A stretch of DNA of 33,093 bases from Neisseriaceae bacterium (GCA_017508845.1 JAFWRB010000041.1:1-33093), one strand, 5' to 3'. Positions 8,015 through 19,215 are shown, numbered from the stretch's first letter. Numbers and translations: made by a program. Notes: generated from the letters alone by a model not told the origin.

Positions 8015-8917
8015 TTACCGATTTTTCAGACTGCCTGAAATATCTGATGATGCTCTTTTTCTGTGTGAAAAATGTCCCCACGCCATAATGCCTAATCCCA
8101 ACCAAATCAGAGCGAAGCCGAATAGTTTAGATAAGGACAAAGGTTCATTGTATAAAAATACCGCAACCAACATACTGATAGTCGGGCTAATGTACTGCAT
8201 AAAGCCTAATGTGGAGAGCGGCAGAAAATGCGTGGCAGCGGTGTAAGTTAAAAGCGGCAAAATGGTAACCAAACCGCTTAAAACCAATAAAACGCCGTTT
8301 TTATTGAAAGCCAAACCGCTTTGTCCTGTTTTGGCTGACCAAATTAAAAACAGCAGGGCAAAGGGCATAATAATGGCGGTTTCAATCAATAATCCAGCAA
8401 AAGATGGTACATCAATTTTTTTACGAATAAAACCATATAAAGCAAAAGACACTGGTAAAATTAAAGAAATTAACGGCAATTTTCCCAAAGCATAAATCTG
8501 AATAGCAATAGAAACAAGCACTAAACCTGACGCAATTTTAGCCGTTGTACCTAATTTTTCGCCTAATAACAACGCCCCTAATAATATTGAAAAAAACGGA
8601 TTGACAAAATAACCCAAAGAAGTTTCTAATATCTGATTTTTGCCCACAGCATAAATAAAAACGCCCCAGTTAGTACTAATCAAAACGCCTGTGGTCATCA
8701 AAGCCAAAAGCGTTTTTTTATTGCGTAATAATAATTGCACAGAACGCAGACGGCGAGAAAACCATAAATAGAGAAACAACAAAACAAACGACCAAACAAT
8801 GCGATGAGCCAAAATCTGCACCGCATCCACACCGTCTATCCATTTGAAATAAATAGGAAAAACGCCCCACATAATAAAAGTGGCAAGCGATAAAACAAAA
8901 CCTTTTTGAGCGTCCAT
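8015..8917 (-). CDS. rarD: EamA/DMT-family transporter, RarD-like
   Basis: 300 aa, about 10 predicted TM segments. N-terminus KGFVLSLATFIMWGVFPIYFKW is typical of RarD. Confidence 0.8.
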   Translation of the reverse strand: MDAQKGFVLSLATFIMWGVFPIYFKWIDGVDAVQILAHRIVWSFVLLFLYLWFSRRLRSVQLLLRNKKTLLALMTTGVLISTNWGVFIYAVGKNQILETSLGYFVNPFFSILLGALLLGEKLGTTAKIASGLVLVSIAIQIYALGKLPLISLILPVSFALYGFIRKKIDVPSFAGLLIETAIIMPFALLFLIWSAKTGQSGLAFNKNGVLLVLSGLVTILPLLTYTAATHFLPLSTLGFMQYISPTISMLVAVFLYNEPLSLSKLFGFALIWLGLGIMAWGHFSHRKRASSDISGSLKNR

Positions 8918-8922
8918 TATTG

Positions 8923-8937
8923 TTCAGGCTGCCTGAA
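8923..8937. repeat. DUS, perfect 15-mer TTCAGGCTGCCTGAA
   Basis: Exact match. It is the inverted partner of the copy at 8993-9007 (55-nt spacer), in the divergent rarD/rplN intergenic region just upstream of the rarD start codon. Confidence 0.85.
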
Positions 8938-8992
8938 ATAAATTAGGCACTATTCTACCGAGTAATCATTGAATATGGGGCTAAAAATGGCT

Positions 8993-9007
8993 TTCAGGCA
9001 GCCTGAA
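8993..9007. repeat. DUS, perfect 15-mer TTCAGGCAGCCTGAA
   Basis: Exact match, intergenic. Confidence 0.85.
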
Positions 9008-9040
9008 AGATGATTTACGCAAAAAATTTTTCAAAGCCCC

Positions 9041-9069
9041 TTGCATTTTCTTTTATTTATTTATATAAT
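9041..9069 (+). promoter_or_regulatory. sigma70-type promoter for the spc ribosomal-protein operon
   Basis: TTGCAT (9041-9046), 17-bp A+T-rich spacer, TATAAT (9064-9069). It sits about 167 nt upstream of the rplN ATG. Confidence 0.6.
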
Positions 9070-9152
9070 CGCCGTCTTTCCCCTGAGTGGGGAGTTATTC
9101 TTATCCTTTCGGGAATCGGGACGAGTTGGCTTTAACCTTTGGTATTAAAGGT

Positions 9153-9167
9153 TTCAGGCAGCCTGAA
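9153..9167. repeat. DUS, perfect 15-mer TTCAGGCAGCCTGAA
   Basis: Exact match, located within the predicted rplN 5' leader. Confidence 0.85.
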
Positions 9168-9236
9168 AAGGTGCCAGTCTGAAAATGGTCGATTACGCCG
9201 ATTTAAGATATAAGATATTGTTTTAAGGTTAAAACT

Positions 9237-9605
9237 ATGATTCAAATGCAGACCATGTTAGATGTGGCTGACAATTCAGGTGCGCGTCGTGTGATGTGTA
9301 TCAAAGTGTTGGGCGGTTCTAAACGCCGCTACGCTTCTGTTGGCGACATTATTAAAGTAACGGTAAAAGACGCCGCTCCTCGCGGTCGTGTGAAAAAAGG
9401 TGATGTGTATAACGCTGTGGTTGTTCGTGTCGCCAAAGGTGTTCGCCGTGCAGACGGTGCGTTGATTAAATTCGACAATAATGCCGCCGTGTTATTAAAC
9501 AACAAATTAGAACCATTAGGCACGCGTATCTTCGGTCCTGTAACTCGTGAGTTGCGTACCGAACGCTTTATGAAAATCGTGTCTTTGGCACCCGAAGTGA
9601 TTTAA
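9237..9605 (+). CDS. rplN: 50S ribosomal protein L14
   Basis: [33 protein letters not shown]...; 122 aa. Confidence 0.97.
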   Translation: MIQMQTMLDVADNSGARRVMCIKVLGGSKRRYASVGDIIKVTVKDAAPRGRVKKGDVYNAVVVRVAKGVRRADGALIKFDNNAAVLLNNKLEPLGTRIFGPVTRELRTERFMKIVSLAPEVI

Positions 9606-9616
9606 GGGGACGGTTT

Positions 9617-9949
9617 ATGAACAAAATCATTAAAGGCGACAAAGTCATTGTCATTACTGGTAAGGACAAAGGTCGTACAGGCGAAGTGGTTCGTGTCTTG
9701 GACGGCAAAGTGATTGTGGAAGGTGTGAATGAAGTCAAACGCCATCGCAAACCTAATCCTGCTCGTCAAATTGAAGGTGGCATTGTAAGCAAAAATATGC
9801 CTGTGGATATTTCTAATGTGGCTATTTTCAATCCTGAAACAAATAAAGCCGACCGTGTGGGCATTAAAGTGATTGCCGAAGAAGGTCAAAAAGTACGCCG
9901 TGTTCGTGTGTATAAATCGAACGGTGCGGAAATTGCAAGGAGCAAATAA
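9617..9949 (+). CDS. rplX: 50S ribosomal protein L24
   Basis: [22 protein letters not shown] (KOW motif); operon position. Confidence 0.95.
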   Translation: MNKIIKGDKVIVITGKDKGRTGEVVRVLDGKVIVEGVNEVKRHRKPNPARQIEGGIVSKNMPVDISNVAIFNPETNKADRVGIKVIAEEGQKVRRVRVYKSNGAEIARSK

Positions 9950-10488
9950 TGGCACGATTAAGAGAATTTTATAAGGAAACAGTGGTTCCTGAGTTGATGA
10001 AAAAATTCAACTACAAAAGCGTTATGGAAGTGCCTCGCATTGAAAAAATCACCTTGAATATGGGTGTGGGCGAAGCCGTTGCCGATAAAAAAGTAATGGA
10101 ACACGCTGTTTCGGATATGCAAAAAATCGCAGGTCAAAAACCTGTGGTAACGGTTGCTCGCAAGTCTATTGCTGGTTTCAAAATCCGTGATAACTACCCC
10201 ATCGGTTGTAAAGTAACTTTGCGTCGCGACAGAATGTTTGAATTTTTGGATCGTTTGATTTCGATTTCTCTGCCACGCGTTCGCGATTTTCGTGGTTTGT
10301 CTGCCAAGTCTTTTGACGGTCGTGGTAACTACAATATGGGCGTGCGTGAGCAAATTATTTTCCCCGAAATCGAATACGACAAAATTGACGCGTTGCGTGG
10401 TCTGAATATCACCATCACAACAACCGCAAAAACTGATGAAGAAGCGCGTGCGTTGCTTTCTTTATTCAAATTCCCTTTTAAAGGTTAA
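9949..10488 (+). CDS. rplE: 50S ribosomal protein L5
   Basis: 179 aa. [48 protein letters not shown] overlap with rplX. Confidence 0.96.
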   Translation: MARLREFYKETVVPELMKKFNYKSVMEVPRIEKITLNMGVGEAVADKKVMEHAVSDMQKIAGQKPVVTVARKSIAGFKIRDNYPIGCKVTLRRDRMFEFLDRLISISLPRVRDFRGLSAKSFDGRGNYNMGVREQIIFPEIEYDKIDALRGLNITITTTAKTDEEARALLSLFKFPFKG

Positions 10489-10492
10489 TAGT

Positions 10493-10798
10493 ATGGCAAA
10501 AAAATCGTTAATCAATAGAGATGTCAAACGGGTGCGTTTAGCCAAAAAATATGCCGCTAAACGAGAAGCGATTTTCGCCGTCATCAACGACAGCAACGCT
10601 ACACCAGAAGATAAATTTCAAGCACGCTTGAAATTGCAAGCAATTCCTCGCAATGCAATGCCCACTCGTCAGCGTCGCCGTTGTGCATTGACTGGTCGTC
10701 CGCGTGGCACATTCCGCAAATTTGGTCTTGGTCGCACGAAAATTCGCGAAATCGCAATGCGTGGCGAAATTCCTGGCGTAATCAAGGCAAGTTGGTAA
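10493..10798 (+). CDS. rpsN: 30S ribosomal protein S14
   Basis: The track ORF begins at 10436; the real start is taken as ATG 10493 ([13 protein letters not shown]..., 101 aa). C-terminal [12 protein letters not shown]. Confidence 0.93.
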   Translation: MAKKSLINRDVKRVRLAKKYAAKREAIFAVINDSNATPEDKFQARLKLQAIPRNAMPTRQRRRCALTGRPRGTFRKFGLGRTKIREIAMRGEIPGVIKASW

Positions 10799-10814
10799 TA
10801 GGGAGTTAAAAATT

Positions 10815-11207
10815 ATGAGTATGCATGATCCTATTTCCGATATGCTGACCCGCATTCGTAACGGTCAAAGAGCAAACAAGGTGAGCGTTTCCATGCCTTC
10901 ATCTAAACTCAAATGCTCGATTGCTACCGTTTTGAAAGAAGAAGGTTATATCGAAGGTTTCTCTGTAAGTGCAGATGCAAAACCTGTTTTGAATATTGAG
11001 TTGAAATATTACGCAGGTCGCCCTGTGATTGAGCAAATCAAACGCGTTTCTCGTCCTGGTTTGCGTATTTACAAAGGTGCGGCAGAAATTCCTGCTGTGA
11101 TGAATGGTTTGGGTGTGGCTATTGTCAGCACTTCCAAAGGTGTTATGACTGACCGCAAAGCGCGTGCTAACGGTGTTGGCGGCGAATTGCTGTGTATTGT
11201 GGCTTAA
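10815..11207 (+). CDS. rpsH: 30S ribosomal protein S8
   Basis: [20 protein letters not shown]...; 130 aa. Confidence 0.96.
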   Translation: MSMHDPISDMLTRIRNGQRANKVSVSMPSSKLKCSIATVLKEEGYIEGFSVSADAKPVLNIELKYYAGRPVIEQIKRVSRPGLRIYKGAAEIPAVMNGLGVAIVSTSKGVMTDRKARANGVGGELLCIVA

Positions 11208-11222
11208 TATTAGGAGGAAAAA

Positions 11223-11759
11223 ATGTCGCGTATTGCAAAAAATCCAGTGGCTATTCCTTCTGGTGTTGAAGTGAAATTAGCCGATAACGAAATTGTCGTT
11301 AAAGGTAAATTAGGCGAACTCAAACAAAGCATCAACAGCGAATTGGTCGAAATCAAAAACGATAACGGTCAAATTACATTTGCTGTAAAAAATGACAGCC
11401 GTGAAGCGAACGCATTATCGGGTACTTTCCGTGCTTTAATCGCGAATATGGTTAAAGGCGTGTCTGACGGCTTTGAGAAAAAACTGCAATTAGTGGGTGT
11501 GGGTTATCGTGCCCAAGCACAAGGCAAAGCGTTGAACTTGTCATTAGGTTTTTCTCACCCTGTGGTGTATAACCTGCCTGACGGTATTACCGCTCAAACC
11601 CCATCGCAAACTGAAATCGTTATTTCAGGTGCAGACCGCCAAAAAGTAGGTCAAGTTGCCGCCGAAATCAGAGGTTTCCGTCCGCCCGAACCTTATAAAG
11701 GTAAAGGTGTTCGTTATGCCGATGAAACGGTAGTATTAAAAGAAACCAAGAAAAAATAA
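11223..11759 (+). CDS. rplF: 50S ribosomal protein L6
   Basis: [19 protein letters not shown]...; GGAGGA RBS; operon position. Confidence 0.95.
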   Translation: MSRIAKNPVAIPSGVEVKLADNEIVVKGKLGELKQSINSELVEIKNDNGQITFAVKNDSREANALSGTFRALIANMVKGVSDGFEKKLQLVGVGYRAQAQGKALNLSLGFSHPVVYNLPDGITAQTPSQTEIVISGADRQKVGQVAAEIRGFRPPEPYKGKGVRYADETVVLKETKKK

Positions 11760-11773
11760 TTGAGGTTTTGAAA

Positions 11774-12121
11774 ATGAATAAGAAATTAGCCCGTCTGCGT
11801 AGAGCACGCAAAACCCGTGCCAAAATTGCGGATATGCAAGCCGTTAGATTGTGCGTTCATCGCTCTAACAATCATATTTATGCTCAAATTATTGGTGAAA
11901 AAGGTGTGTTAGCACAAGCATCATCAGTAGAAGCCGAAGTGCGTAGCAATGCAAAATATGGCAACAATGTGGCTGCCGCTGCCGTAATTGGCAAACGCAT
12001 TGCCGAAAAAGCGAAAGCCGCTGGCATTGAAGAAGTTGCTTTTGACCGTTCTGGTTTTAAATATCATGGTCGTGTCAAAGCATTGGCAGAAGCCGCTCGT
12101 GAAAACGGTTTGAAATTCTAA
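11774..12121 (+). CDS. rplR: 50S ribosomal protein L18
   Basis: Start taken at ATG 11774 (the track uses TTG 11768). [16 protein letters not shown]...[16 protein letters not shown]. Confidence 0.93.
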   Translation: MNKKLARLRRARKTRAKIADMQAVRLCVHRSNNHIYAQIIGEKGVLAQASSVEAEVRSNAKYGNNVAAAAVIGKRIAEKAKAAGIEEVAFDRSGFKYHGRVKALAEAARENGLKF

Positions 12122-12134
12122 ACGGAGTTAAATA

Positions 12135-12653
12135 ATGGCAAAACACGAAACAGAAGAACGCGGCGACGGCTTGATTGAAAAAATGGTTGCTGTGAATCGC
12201 GTAACCAAAGTGGTTAAAGGTGGTCGCATTATGGCGTTCTCCGCTTTGACCGTAGTAGGGGACGGCGATGGTCGCATTGGTATGGGTAAAGGTAAAGCCA
12301 AAGAAGTGCCTGTTGCTGTACAAAAAGCAATGGATCAAGCACGCCGTAACTTGGTGAAAATTCCCTTGAAAGACGGCACCATTCACCACGAAGTCATCGG
12401 CAAACACGGTGCAACCAAAGTATTTATGCAGCCTGCCAAAGAAGGTAGTGGTGTGAAAGCGGGTGGTCCGATGCGTTTGGTATTTGACGCAATCGGCGTT
12501 CGCAATATTTCTGCCAAAGTGCATGGTTCAACTAATCCATACAATATTGTTCGTGCCACATTGAATGGCTTGGGCAAATTGTACACACCTGCCGAAATCG
12601 CAGCCAAACGCGGTTTGAGCGTAGAAGAAATTTTAGGAGCAGGCAATGAGTGA
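12135..12653 (+). CDS. rpsE: 30S ribosomal protein S5
   Basis: [47 protein letters not shown]. Confidence 0.96.
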   Translation: MAKHETEERGDGLIEKMVAVNRVTKVVKGGRIMAFSALTVVGDGDGRIGMGKGKAKEVPVAVQKAMDQARRNLVKIPLKDGTIHHEVIGKHGATKVFMQPAKEGSGVKAGGPMRLVFDAIGVRNISAKVHGSTNPYNIVRATLNGLGKLYTPAEIAAKRGLSVEEILGAGNE

Positions 12654-12828
12654 GCAAAAGAAAATCAAAGTAACTTTGAAAAAAAGTTTGATTGGACGCA
12701 TTGAATCTCATCGTGCTTGTGCGAGAGGCTTGGGTTTGCGTCGTCGTGAGCATACTGTGGAAGTATTGGATACCCCTGAAAATCGCGGTATGATTAACAA
12801 AATCAGTTACTTATTAGAAGTGGAGTAA
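12646..12828 (+). CDS. rpmD: 50S ribosomal protein L30
   Basis: 60 aa. [14 protein letters not shown]...GLGLRR. 8-nt overlap with rpsE. Confidence 0.93.
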   Translation: MSEQKKIKVTLKKSLIGRIESHRACARGLGLRRREHTVEVLDTPENRGMINKISYLLEVE

Positions 12829-12832
12829 TAAT

Positions 12833-13267
12833 ATGTACTTGAATACTATTTCTCCTGCCGAGGGTGCCACACACGCACCTAAACGCGTTGGTCGCGGTAT
12901 CGGTAGCGGTATGGGTAAAACCTGTTGCCGTGGCGTGAAAGGTCAAAAAAGCCGTGCAGGTGGTTTCCACAAAGTAGGCTTTGAGGGCGGTCAAATGCCA
13001 TTGCAACGCCGTTTGCCTAAACGCGGCTTTAAATCGACAACGGCTCGTTTCAACGCACAAGTTACTTTGGGCGAATTGAATAATTTGCCGATTGAAGAAG
13101 TGGATATTTTGGCATTAAAACAAGCCCGTTTGGTTCCTGCAAACACTCAAAGCGTGAAAGTGATTCTTTCAGGCAGCCTGAACAAAGCAATTACCTTGCG
13201 TGGCGTTGCTGTTACCAAAGGTGCCAAAGAAGCCATTGAAGCGGCTGGCGGTAAGATTTCTGATTAA
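12833..13267 (+). CDS. rplO: 50S ribosomal protein L15
   Basis: 144 aa. [27 protein letters not shown]. Confidence 0.95.
   Translation: MYLNTISPAEGATHAPKRVGRGIGSGMGKTCCRGVKGQKSRAGGFHKVGFEGGQMPLQRRLPKRGFKSTTARFNAQVTLGELNNLPIEEVDILALKQARLVPANTQSVKVILSGSLNKAITLRGVAVTKGAKEAIEAAGGKISD
13168..13182. repeat. DUS, perfect 15-mer TTCAGGCAGCCTGAA
   Basis: Exact match inside rplO, read as (L)-S-G-S-L-N. Confidence 0.85.
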
Positions 13268-13278
13268 GGTTATTTCGC

Positions 13279-14610
13279 ATGGCTAACTCGTCGTCCAAAA
13301 TATCGAGCATTTCTGTTGATTTGAAAAACAGAATTATGTTCTTGATTGGTGCGTTGTTTGTGTTCCGTGTCGGTTCGCATATTCCCGTACCAGGTGTTGA
13401 TGCTGTGGCATTAAATCGCCTATTTGAAAGTGCTAATAATGGCATTTTGGGTATGTTGAATATGTTTTCGGGCGGCTCACTTTCTCGGTTTTCGGTGTTT
13501 GCGATTGGCATTATGCCGTATATTTCTGCGTCCATTGTAATGCAGTTGGCAACCGAGATTATTCCGTCCTTGAAAGCCTTGAAAAAAGAGGGCGAAGCAG
13601 GGCGGCGAGTGATTACCAAATACACCCGTATTGGTACGGTGTTATTGGCAGGCGTGCAAAGTTTTGCCGCTGCTGTTATGCTTTTCAGGCAGCCTGGTTT
13701 GGTGGGTATTGCTCAATATGAGTTTTATTTATCAACCGTAGTGTGTTTAACCACTGGCACGATGTTCTTAATGTGGTTGGGCGAACAAATCACTGAACGC
13801 GGTGTGGGCAATGGCATTTCCTTGATTATCTGTGCGGGTATTGCCGCAGGTATTCCTGGTGCGATTGGTAAATTATTTACAATGACTGCCGAGGGTAGCC
13901 TGAATCCTTTGTTAGCCGTATTGATTGTCGCAGGTGCGTTGGCTTTGGTATATGCTGTGGTATATATTGAATCTGCACAACGCAAAGTGCCGATTCACTT
14001 TGCCAAACGCCAAGTGGGTAATCGTATGATGCAAGGGCAAAACACTGTTCTGCCATTCAAACTGAATATGGCAGGCGTGATTCCGCCGATTTTTGCGTCC
14101 AGTATTATTTTGTTCCCGACCACGATTATGAGTTGGGTTGGCGGACAAGGTATTGGCACACAAAGCAGTAGTTCGTTTTTAGGCAAATTAGCCTTGTATT
14201 TTCAACACGGACAGCCGTTATACATTATCTTTTTTGCGTCTGCTGTGATATTCTTCTGCTTTTTTTACACCGCTTTGGTATTTAGCCCACGCGAAATTGC
14301 AGAAAACCTGAAAAAACAAGGGGCATTTGTACCAGGTATTCGTCCTGGTGAAAACACCTCACGCTACATTGAAAGCGTGGTTTTGCGATTAACCTTTTAC
14401 GGTGCGTTATACATTACCATTGTGTGTTTGATTCCCGAATTATTGGTATCGTTTGCGAATATTCCCTTTTATTTAGGCGGTACATCGCTGTTGATTTTGG
14501 TTGTGGTGAGCATAGACTTTACTGCACAAGTGGCTTCATACCGTATGAGTCAGCAATATCAACAATATGAAGGCGATAAATACTTGGCAAACAAATTAGG
14601 CAAGAAATAA
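13279..14610 (+). CDS. secY: preprotein translocase subunit SecY
   Basis: 443 aa, multi-[32 protein letters not shown], and operon position after rplO. Confidence 0.96.
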   Translation: MANSSSKISSISVDLKNRIMFLIGALFVFRVGSHIPVPGVDAVALNRLFESANNGILGMLNMFSGGSLSRFSVFAIGIMPYISASIVMQLATEIIPSLKALKKEGEAGRRVITKYTRIGTVLLAGVQSFAAAVMLFRQPGLVGIAQYEFYLSTVVCLTTGTMFLMWLGEQITERGVGNGISLIICAGIAAGIPGAIGKLFTMTAEGSLNPLLAVLIVAGALALVYAVVYIESAQRKVPIHFAKRQVGNRMMQGQNTVLPFKLNMAGVIPPIFASSIILFPTTIMSWVGGQGIGTQSSSSFLGKLALYFQHGQPLYIIFFASAVIFFCFFYTALVFSPREIAENLKKQGAFVPGIRPGENTSRYIESVVLRLTFYGALYITIVCLIPELLVSFANIPFYLGGTSLLILVVVSIDFTAQVASYRMSQQYQQYEGDKYLANKLGKK

Positions 14611-14621
14611 GAGAAATCTTT

Positions 14622-14840
14622 ATGGCAAAAGAAGACACCATACAAATGCAAGGTGAAATCTTGGAAATGTTGCCAAACGCAACATTCAAGGTTAGATTAG
14701 AAAACGACCATGTGGTTTTAGGATACATTTCAGGCAAGATGAGAATGCACTATATTCGCATTTCGCCTGGTGATAAAGTAACAGTTGAGATGACTCCTTA
14801 CGATTTATCTCGTGCAAGAATTGTTTTTCGGACTAAATAA
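14622..14840 (+). CDS. infA: translation initiation factor IF-1
   Basis: 72 aa. [70 protein letters not shown]. Confidence 0.96.
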   Translation: MAKEDTIQMQGEILEMLPNATFKVRLENDHVVLGYISGKMRMHYIRISPGDKVTVEMTPYDLSRARIVFRTK

Positions 14841-14861
14841 AGTTTTGAAAGGACTTTAATA

Positions 14862-14975
14862 ATGCGTGTGCAACCCTCTGTAAAGAAAATATGTCGCAAC
14901 TGCAAGATTATTCGCAGACATGGCATTGTCCGCGTTATCTGTACAGATGCTCGTCATAAACAAAAACAAGGTTAA
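14862..14975 (+). CDS. rpmJ: 50S ribosomal protein L36
   Basis: Too short for the ORF track; translated by hand as [37 protein letters not shown] (37 aa). GAAAGGA RBS upstream. Confidence 0.93.
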   Translation: MRVQPSVKKICRNCKIIRRHGIVRVICTDARHKQKQG

Positions 14976-14991
14976 TAAAAGGAATTAAATT

Positions 14992-15354
14992 ATGGCTCGT
15001 ATTGCTGGTGTGAATATTCCCAACAATGCCCATATCGTGATTGGCTTACAAGCGATTTATGGCATTGGTAGCAGCCGTGCTCGTTTAGTTTGCGAGCAAG
15101 CAGGAATTGAATGTTCTGTGAAAGTCAAAGACTTAACAGAAGCACAGTTAGAAACCTTGCGTAGCAAAGTGGCTCAATTTGAAGTTGAAGGCGACTTGCG
15201 TCGTGAAGTAACTATGTCCATTAAACGCTTGATGGATATGGGTTGCTATCGTGGTTTCCGTCATCGCCGTGGTTTGCCCTGTCGTGGTCAAAGAACGCGT
15301 ACGAATGCTCGTACCCGTAAAGGTCCGCGTAAGGCGATTGCAGGCAAAAAATAA
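14992..15354 (+). CDS. rpsM: 30S ribosomal protein S13
   Basis: [26 protein letters not shown]...; 120 aa. Confidence 0.96.
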   Translation: MARIAGVNIPNNAHIVIGLQAIYGIGSSRARLVCEQAGIECSVKVKDLTEAQLETLRSKVAQFEVEGDLRREVTMSIKRLMDMGCYRGFRHRRGLPCRGQRTRTNARTRKGPRKAIAGKK

Positions 15355-15379
15355 TGTTTATTTGAAATAAGGATTGATA

Positions 15380-15772
15380 ATGGCTAAAGCAAACACAGCT
15401 CGTGTACGCAAAAAAATACGCAAAACCGTGAGCGAAGGTGTGGTGCATGTACATGCATCGTTTAATAACACCATTATTACGATTACCGACCGTCAAGGCA
15501 ATGCGTTGTCTTGGGCTACTTCTGGCGGTGCAGGTTTTAAAGGTTCGCGTAAAAGTACACCTTTCGCTGCCCAAGTTGCAGCAGAAGCCGCTGGCAAAGT
15601 TGCCCAAGAGTATGGTGTCAAAAATTTAGAAGTACGCATCAAGGGTCCTGGTCCTGGTCGTGAATCTTCTGTTCGTGCATTAAATGCTCTGGGCTTTAAA
15701 ATTACTTCAATTACGGATGTTACCCCCGTTCCTCATAACGGTTGCCGTCCGCCCAAACGCCGTCGTGTTTAA
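15380..15772 (+). CDS. rpsK: 30S ribosomal protein S11
   Basis: Start taken at ATG 15380 (the track uses TTG 15374). [44 protein letters not shown]. Confidence 0.95.
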   Translation: MAKANTARVRKKIRKTVSEGVVHVHASFNNTIITITDRQGNALSWATSGGAGFKGSRKSTPFAAQVAAEAAGKVAQEYGVKNLEVRIKGPGPGRESSVRALNALGFKITSITDVTPVPHNGCRPPKRRRV

Positions 15773-15787
15773 TAGGAGAAGATTAGA

Positions 15788-16408
15788 ATGGCTCGTTATA
15801 TTGGACCAAAATGTAAATTGGCTCGCCGCGAGGGTACAGATTTATTCTTAAAATCCGCTCGCCGCTCCATTGATTCAAAATGCAAAATTGATACCGCACC
15901 AGGTCAGCATGGTGCCAATCGTGGTCGCATTTCTGATTACGGTATTCAGTTGCGTGAAAAACAAAAAATCCGCCGCATTTACGGCGTGTTGGAACGCCAG
16001 TTCCGCCGTTATTTTGCCGAAGCAGAACGCAGACGCGGTTCAACAGGTGAATGGTTGTTGCAACTGTTGGAATCTCGTTTAGACAATGTGGTTTATCGTA
16101 TGGGTTTTGGCTCAACTCGTGCCGAAGCACGCCAGTTGGTTGGACACAAAGCCATCTCGGTAAATGGTCAAGTGGTGAATATTCCGTCTTACCAAGTGAA
16201 ACCTGGTGATGTGGTTTCTGTGTGCGAAAAAGCCAAAAAACAAGTTCGCATTCAGGAAGCATTAGGCTTGGCAGGACAAATCGGTTTTCCGTCTTGGGTT
16301 GAAGTTGATGCAACCAAAATGGAAGGCGTGTATAAAAACTTGCCCGATCGTTCCGAGTTAAGCAGCGACATCAAAGAGCATTTAGTAGTCGAATTGTACT
16401 CTAAATAA
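15788..16408 (+). CDS. rpsD: 30S ribosomal protein S4
   Basis: [23 protein letters not shown]...; 206 aa. Confidence 0.96.
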   Translation: MARYIGPKCKLARREGTDLFLKSARRSIDSKCKIDTAPGQHGANRGRISDYGIQLREKQKIRRIYGVLERQFRRYFAEAERRRGSTGEWLLQLLESRLDNVVYRMGFGSTRAEARQLVGHKAISVNGQVVNIPSYQVKPGDVVSVCEKAKKQVRIQEALGLAGQIGFPSWVEVDATKMEGVYKNLPDRSELSSDIKEHLVVELYSK

Positions 16409-16438
16409 TGTTTGAATCTAAATTAAGGACGAGATGGA

Positions 16439-17425
16439 ATGCGAAACATCACTTCTGAACTTTTAAAACCAAGACAAATCAATGTCAATGCCTTGTCCGA
16501 CAGACAAGCCAAAATTTCGTTAGAACCTTTTGAACGCGGTTTTGGTCATACTTTGGGCAACGCATTACGGCGGATTTTGCTTTCTTCAATGACGGGCTTT
16601 GCACCCACAGAAGTTAAAATTGACGGTGTATTGCATGAATACTCTTCGATTGAACACATTGAAGAAGATGTGGTTGATATTCTGTTAAACATCAAAGGTA
16701 TTGTGTTTAAACTGTTCAATCGCGATTCTGTGGTGTTGAATATCAAAAAAGACACCAAAGGTGTGGTTACTGCCGCCGATATTGAATTGCCACATGATGT
16801 GGAAATTTTAAATCCGAATCATGTGATTTGTCATATCGCAGAAGGCGGTAGTTTCTCGGCTGAAATTAAGGTTGAATCAGGTCGTGGCTATTGCCCCGCA
16901 TCGCAATCTCGCAAACTGAAAGATGATACGCGTGAAATCGGCAGCATTCTGTTAGATGCCAGTTTCTCGCCTGTATTGCGTGTGTCGTTTGAAGTGGAAC
17001 CCGCTCGCGTAGAACAACGCACCGATTTAGACCGCTTGGTTTTAGACATCGAAACAGACGGCTCTGTGGATCCCGAAGAAGTGTTGCGTCAATCCGCACA
17101 AATTTTGATTAGTCAAATGGAAGTCTTCGTTGATTTGCAAAACACTAATGTACCTGAAGAAGAAGAACAAGCCCCAGTGGTGGATCCGATTCTTCTGTTG
17201 CCTGTCGATGATTTGGAACTCACCGTGCGTTCGGCTAACTGCTTGAAAGCCGAAGACATTTACTATATCGGTGATTTGATTCAACGCACTGAAACTGAAC
17301 TTCTAAAAACACCGAATTTGGGTCGTAAGTCGCTGACTGAAATCAAAGAAGTCTTGGCAGCCAAAGGTTTGACTTTGGGTTCTAAATTAGAAGGCTGGCC
17401 GCCTGCTAATTTGGTATCAAGATAA
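16439..17425 (+). CDS. rpoA: DNA-directed RNA polymerase alpha subunit
   Basis: 328 aa. LKPRQINV..., [21 protein letters not shown], and C-terminal domain [22 protein letters not shown]. Confidence 0.97.
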   Translation: MRNITSELLKPRQINVNALSDRQAKISLEPFERGFGHTLGNALRRILLSSMTGFAPTEVKIDGVLHEYSSIEHIEEDVVDILLNIKGIVFKLFNRDSVVLNIKKDTKGVVTAADIELPHDVEILNPNHVICHIAEGGSFSAEIKVESGRGYCPASQSRKLKDDTREIGSILLDASFSPVLRVSFEVEPARVEQRTDLDRLVLDIETDGSVDPEEVLRQSAQILISQMEVFVDLQNTNVPEEEEQAPVVDPILLLPVDDLELTVRSANCLKAEDIYYIGDLIQRTETELLKTPNLGRKSLTEIKEVLAAKGLTLGSKLEGWPPANLVSR

Positions 17426-17474
17426 TCTTTCAGACAGCCTGAAAGCGTGTTTTTATTGATTAAGGATATTTAAT

Positions 17475-17876
17475 ATGCGTCATCGTAAGAGTAATCGTAA
17501 ATTAAACCGTACCAGCAGTCATCGTTTGGCGATGTTGCGTAATATGGCAAATTCTTTGCTGATTCACGAAAGCATTGTTACCACATTGCCCAAAGCAAAA
17601 GAGTTACGCCGCGTGGTTGAACCTTTGATTTCTTTGGGTAAAAAACCGTCTTTGGCAAATCGCCGTTTGGCATTTGACCGCACACGCAATCGTGATGTCG
17701 TGGTAAAATTATTTGGTGAGTTAAATGAACGCTTCGCCGCTCGCAATGGCGGCTATACTCGTGTGCTGAAATATGGCTTTCGTCAAGGCGACAATGCTCC
17801 TATGGCATTGATTGAATTAGTTGATGCAGCCGAAGTTCGTGAGAAAAAAGAAGCGGCAGAAACACAATCCGAATAA
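17475..17876 (+). CDS. rplQ: 50S ribosomal protein L17
   Basis: [46 protein letters not shown]. Confidence 0.96.
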   Translation: MRHRKSNRKLNRTSSHRLAMLRNMANSLLIHESIVTTLPKAKELRRVVEPLISLGKKPSLANRRLAFDRTRNRDVVVKLFGELNERFAARNGGYTRVLKYGFRQGDNAPMALIELVDAAEVREKKEAAETQSE

Positions 17877-17894
17877 TTTTAACGGTTGTTCCTA

Positions 17895-19079
17895 ATGAAT
17901 ATGCAAAGAAAACCCATTTTTGCCTTAAAAACTTGTTTGTTGTTGAGTTTGCTTGCCACTGTTACGGCGTGTGGCTGGTTGCCCCATTCAGGCCCTTCCA
18001 CAGGACAAGTTACTTCATTAGGACAAAGCAATAATCAGGCTGTTCCCGATGTCGCTTTGTTGGACATTGAACACAGCCTGATTCAAGATTTATCGCAACG
18101 CCACAAGGCAAACAGTTTTGCCGCATTAGAAAACACCGCACAAAGCCTTGATGTGGTGAGTCGTGGCGATGTATTAGACATTACCATTTGGGAGGCCGCT
18201 CCTGCCATGCTGTTTGGCGGAGCCTTGTCTGATAGTGGAGCAGGCACTGCCCATGTTACCAAATTGCCGCCACAAACCGTGAGTTCTAACGGCACGATTT
18301 CCATTCCTTTTGTCGGCAACCTGAAAGTAGTGGATAAATCGCTTGAAGACATTCAAAATCTCATTCGCAATCAACTTTCTCGTAAAGCCAATCAACCACA
18401 AGTGATTGTGAGTTTAGCTCAAAACAATTCTACTAATGTTTTGGTTGTGCGGGCAGGCAACAGCGTGCGTATGCCTTTGACGCCCGCCCGCGAACGCATT
18501 TTGGACGCATTAGCCGCTGTGGGCGGTTCCACCGCTAATGTGCAGGACACCACCATTCAAATCACACGCAATAAAAAAATCAGCAAAATTGCGTTAGAAG
18601 ATTTGGTTTCTGACCCCGCACAAAACATTTTATTGCATCGTGGCGATGTGGTAACCGTCATCACCAACCCTTACACATTCACTTCTATGGGTGCAGTAGG
18701 TAGAGCCCAAGAAATTGGCTTTTCCGCACGCGGTTTATCATTAGCTGAAGCCGTAGGCAGAATGGGTGGCTTGCAAGACCGCCGTTCAGACGCTCGTGGC
18801 GTATTTGTGTTTCGCTATACGCCTTTGTCCGAATTGCCCACAGCCGAACAACTTAAATGGACACAAAAAGGCTATCAAGGCAATACCGATGTACCTGTTG
18901 TTTATCGTTTAGATTTAACCAATGCCAATTCAATGTTGTGGATGCAAAAATTTCCTATTCACAATAAAGATGTGGTGTATGTTTCCAATGCACCGTTGGC
19001 AGAAGTGCAAAAATTCTTACAATTTGTTTTCTCACCTGTAACTTCTGGATTTAATAGCATTGATAATATTGTGCATTAA
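17895..19079 (+). CDS. ctrA: capsule polysaccharide export outer-membrane lipoprotein (OPX/Wza family, CtrA/KpsD-like)
   Basis: The track ORF starts at TTG 17886; ATG 17895 or 17901 is more likely. Signal peptide plus lipobox LLATVTA|C. CGWLPHSGPSTGQVTSLGQ resembles the CtrA mature N-terminus as I recall it. PES/SLBB-like GDVLDITIWE and GDVVTV blocks. It is followed by ctrBCD. Confidence 0.82.
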   Translation: MNMQRKPIFALKTCLLLSLLATVTACGWLPHSGPSTGQVTSLGQSNNQAVPDVALLDIEHSLIQDLSQRHKANSFAALENTAQSLDVVSRGDVLDITIWEAAPAMLFGGALSDSGAGTAHVTKLPPQTVSSNGTISIPFVGNLKVVDKSLEDIQNLIRNQLSRKANQPQVIVSLAQNNSTNVLVVRAGNSVRMPLTPARERILDALAAVGGSTANVQDTTIQITRNKKISKIALEDLVSDPAQNILLHRGDVVTVITNPYTFTSMGAVGRAQEIGFSARGLSLAEAVGRMGGLQDRRSDARGVFVFRYTPLSELPTAEQLKWTQKGYQGNTDVPVVYRLDLTNANSMLWMQKFPIHNKDVVYVSNAPLAEVQKFLQFVFSPVTSGFNSIDNIVH

Positions 19080-19125
19080 AAGCGTGTCATCGGTGCTATT
19101 TCGTTATATAATGTAGCTTGTTTTT

Positions 19126-19140
19126 TTCAGGCAGCCTGAA
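19126..19140. repeat. DUS, perfect 15-mer TTCAGGCAGCCTGAA
   Basis: Exact match; left arm of the ctrA-distal hairpin. Confidence 0.85.
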
Positions 19141-19148
19141 ACTTAATT

Positions 19149-19163
19149 TTCAGGCTGCCTGAA
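19149..19163. repeat. DUS, perfect 15-mer TTCAGGCTGCCTGAA
   Basis: Exact match; right arm of the hairpin. Confidence 0.85.
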
Positions 19164-19215
19164 AAATAAAAAAACCACTTTTTAGACTGTTTGAAACGAT
19201 TGATAAAAAATACTT

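Larger units (their letters stand above)
19124..19165. terminator. perfect 18-bp stem / 6-nt loop hairpin built from two inverted DUS copies (terminator or attenuator-like)
   Basis: TTTTCAGGCAGCCTGAAA (19124-19141), CTTAAT, TTTCAGGCTGCCTGAAAA (19148-19165). It begins 45 nt after the ctrA stop. There is no 3' U-tract on either strand, so this is not a canonical intrinsic terminator. Confidence 0.5.

Noticed and set aside
9173-9183. GCCAGTCTGAA (and GCTGTCTGAA at 27677-27686) resembling the canonical Neisseria DUS GCCGTCTGAA
   Set aside because: Each differs by an indel or mismatch, they share the CTGAA core with the resident dialect, and two imperfect hits in 33 kb are not distinguishable from chance or decay.
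14622-14840. infA embedded between secY and rpmJ as a possible insertion
   Set aside because: As far as I recall this placement is normal for Neisseriaceae and several other lineages. The gene is intact and compositionally native.
9329-17284. Many 60-176-aa antisense ORFs across the ribosomal-protein block (for example 12075..12524-, 15221..15607-, 15783..16313-)
   Set aside because: They are shadows of highly conserved r-protein, secY and rpoA genes, and none has independent support.
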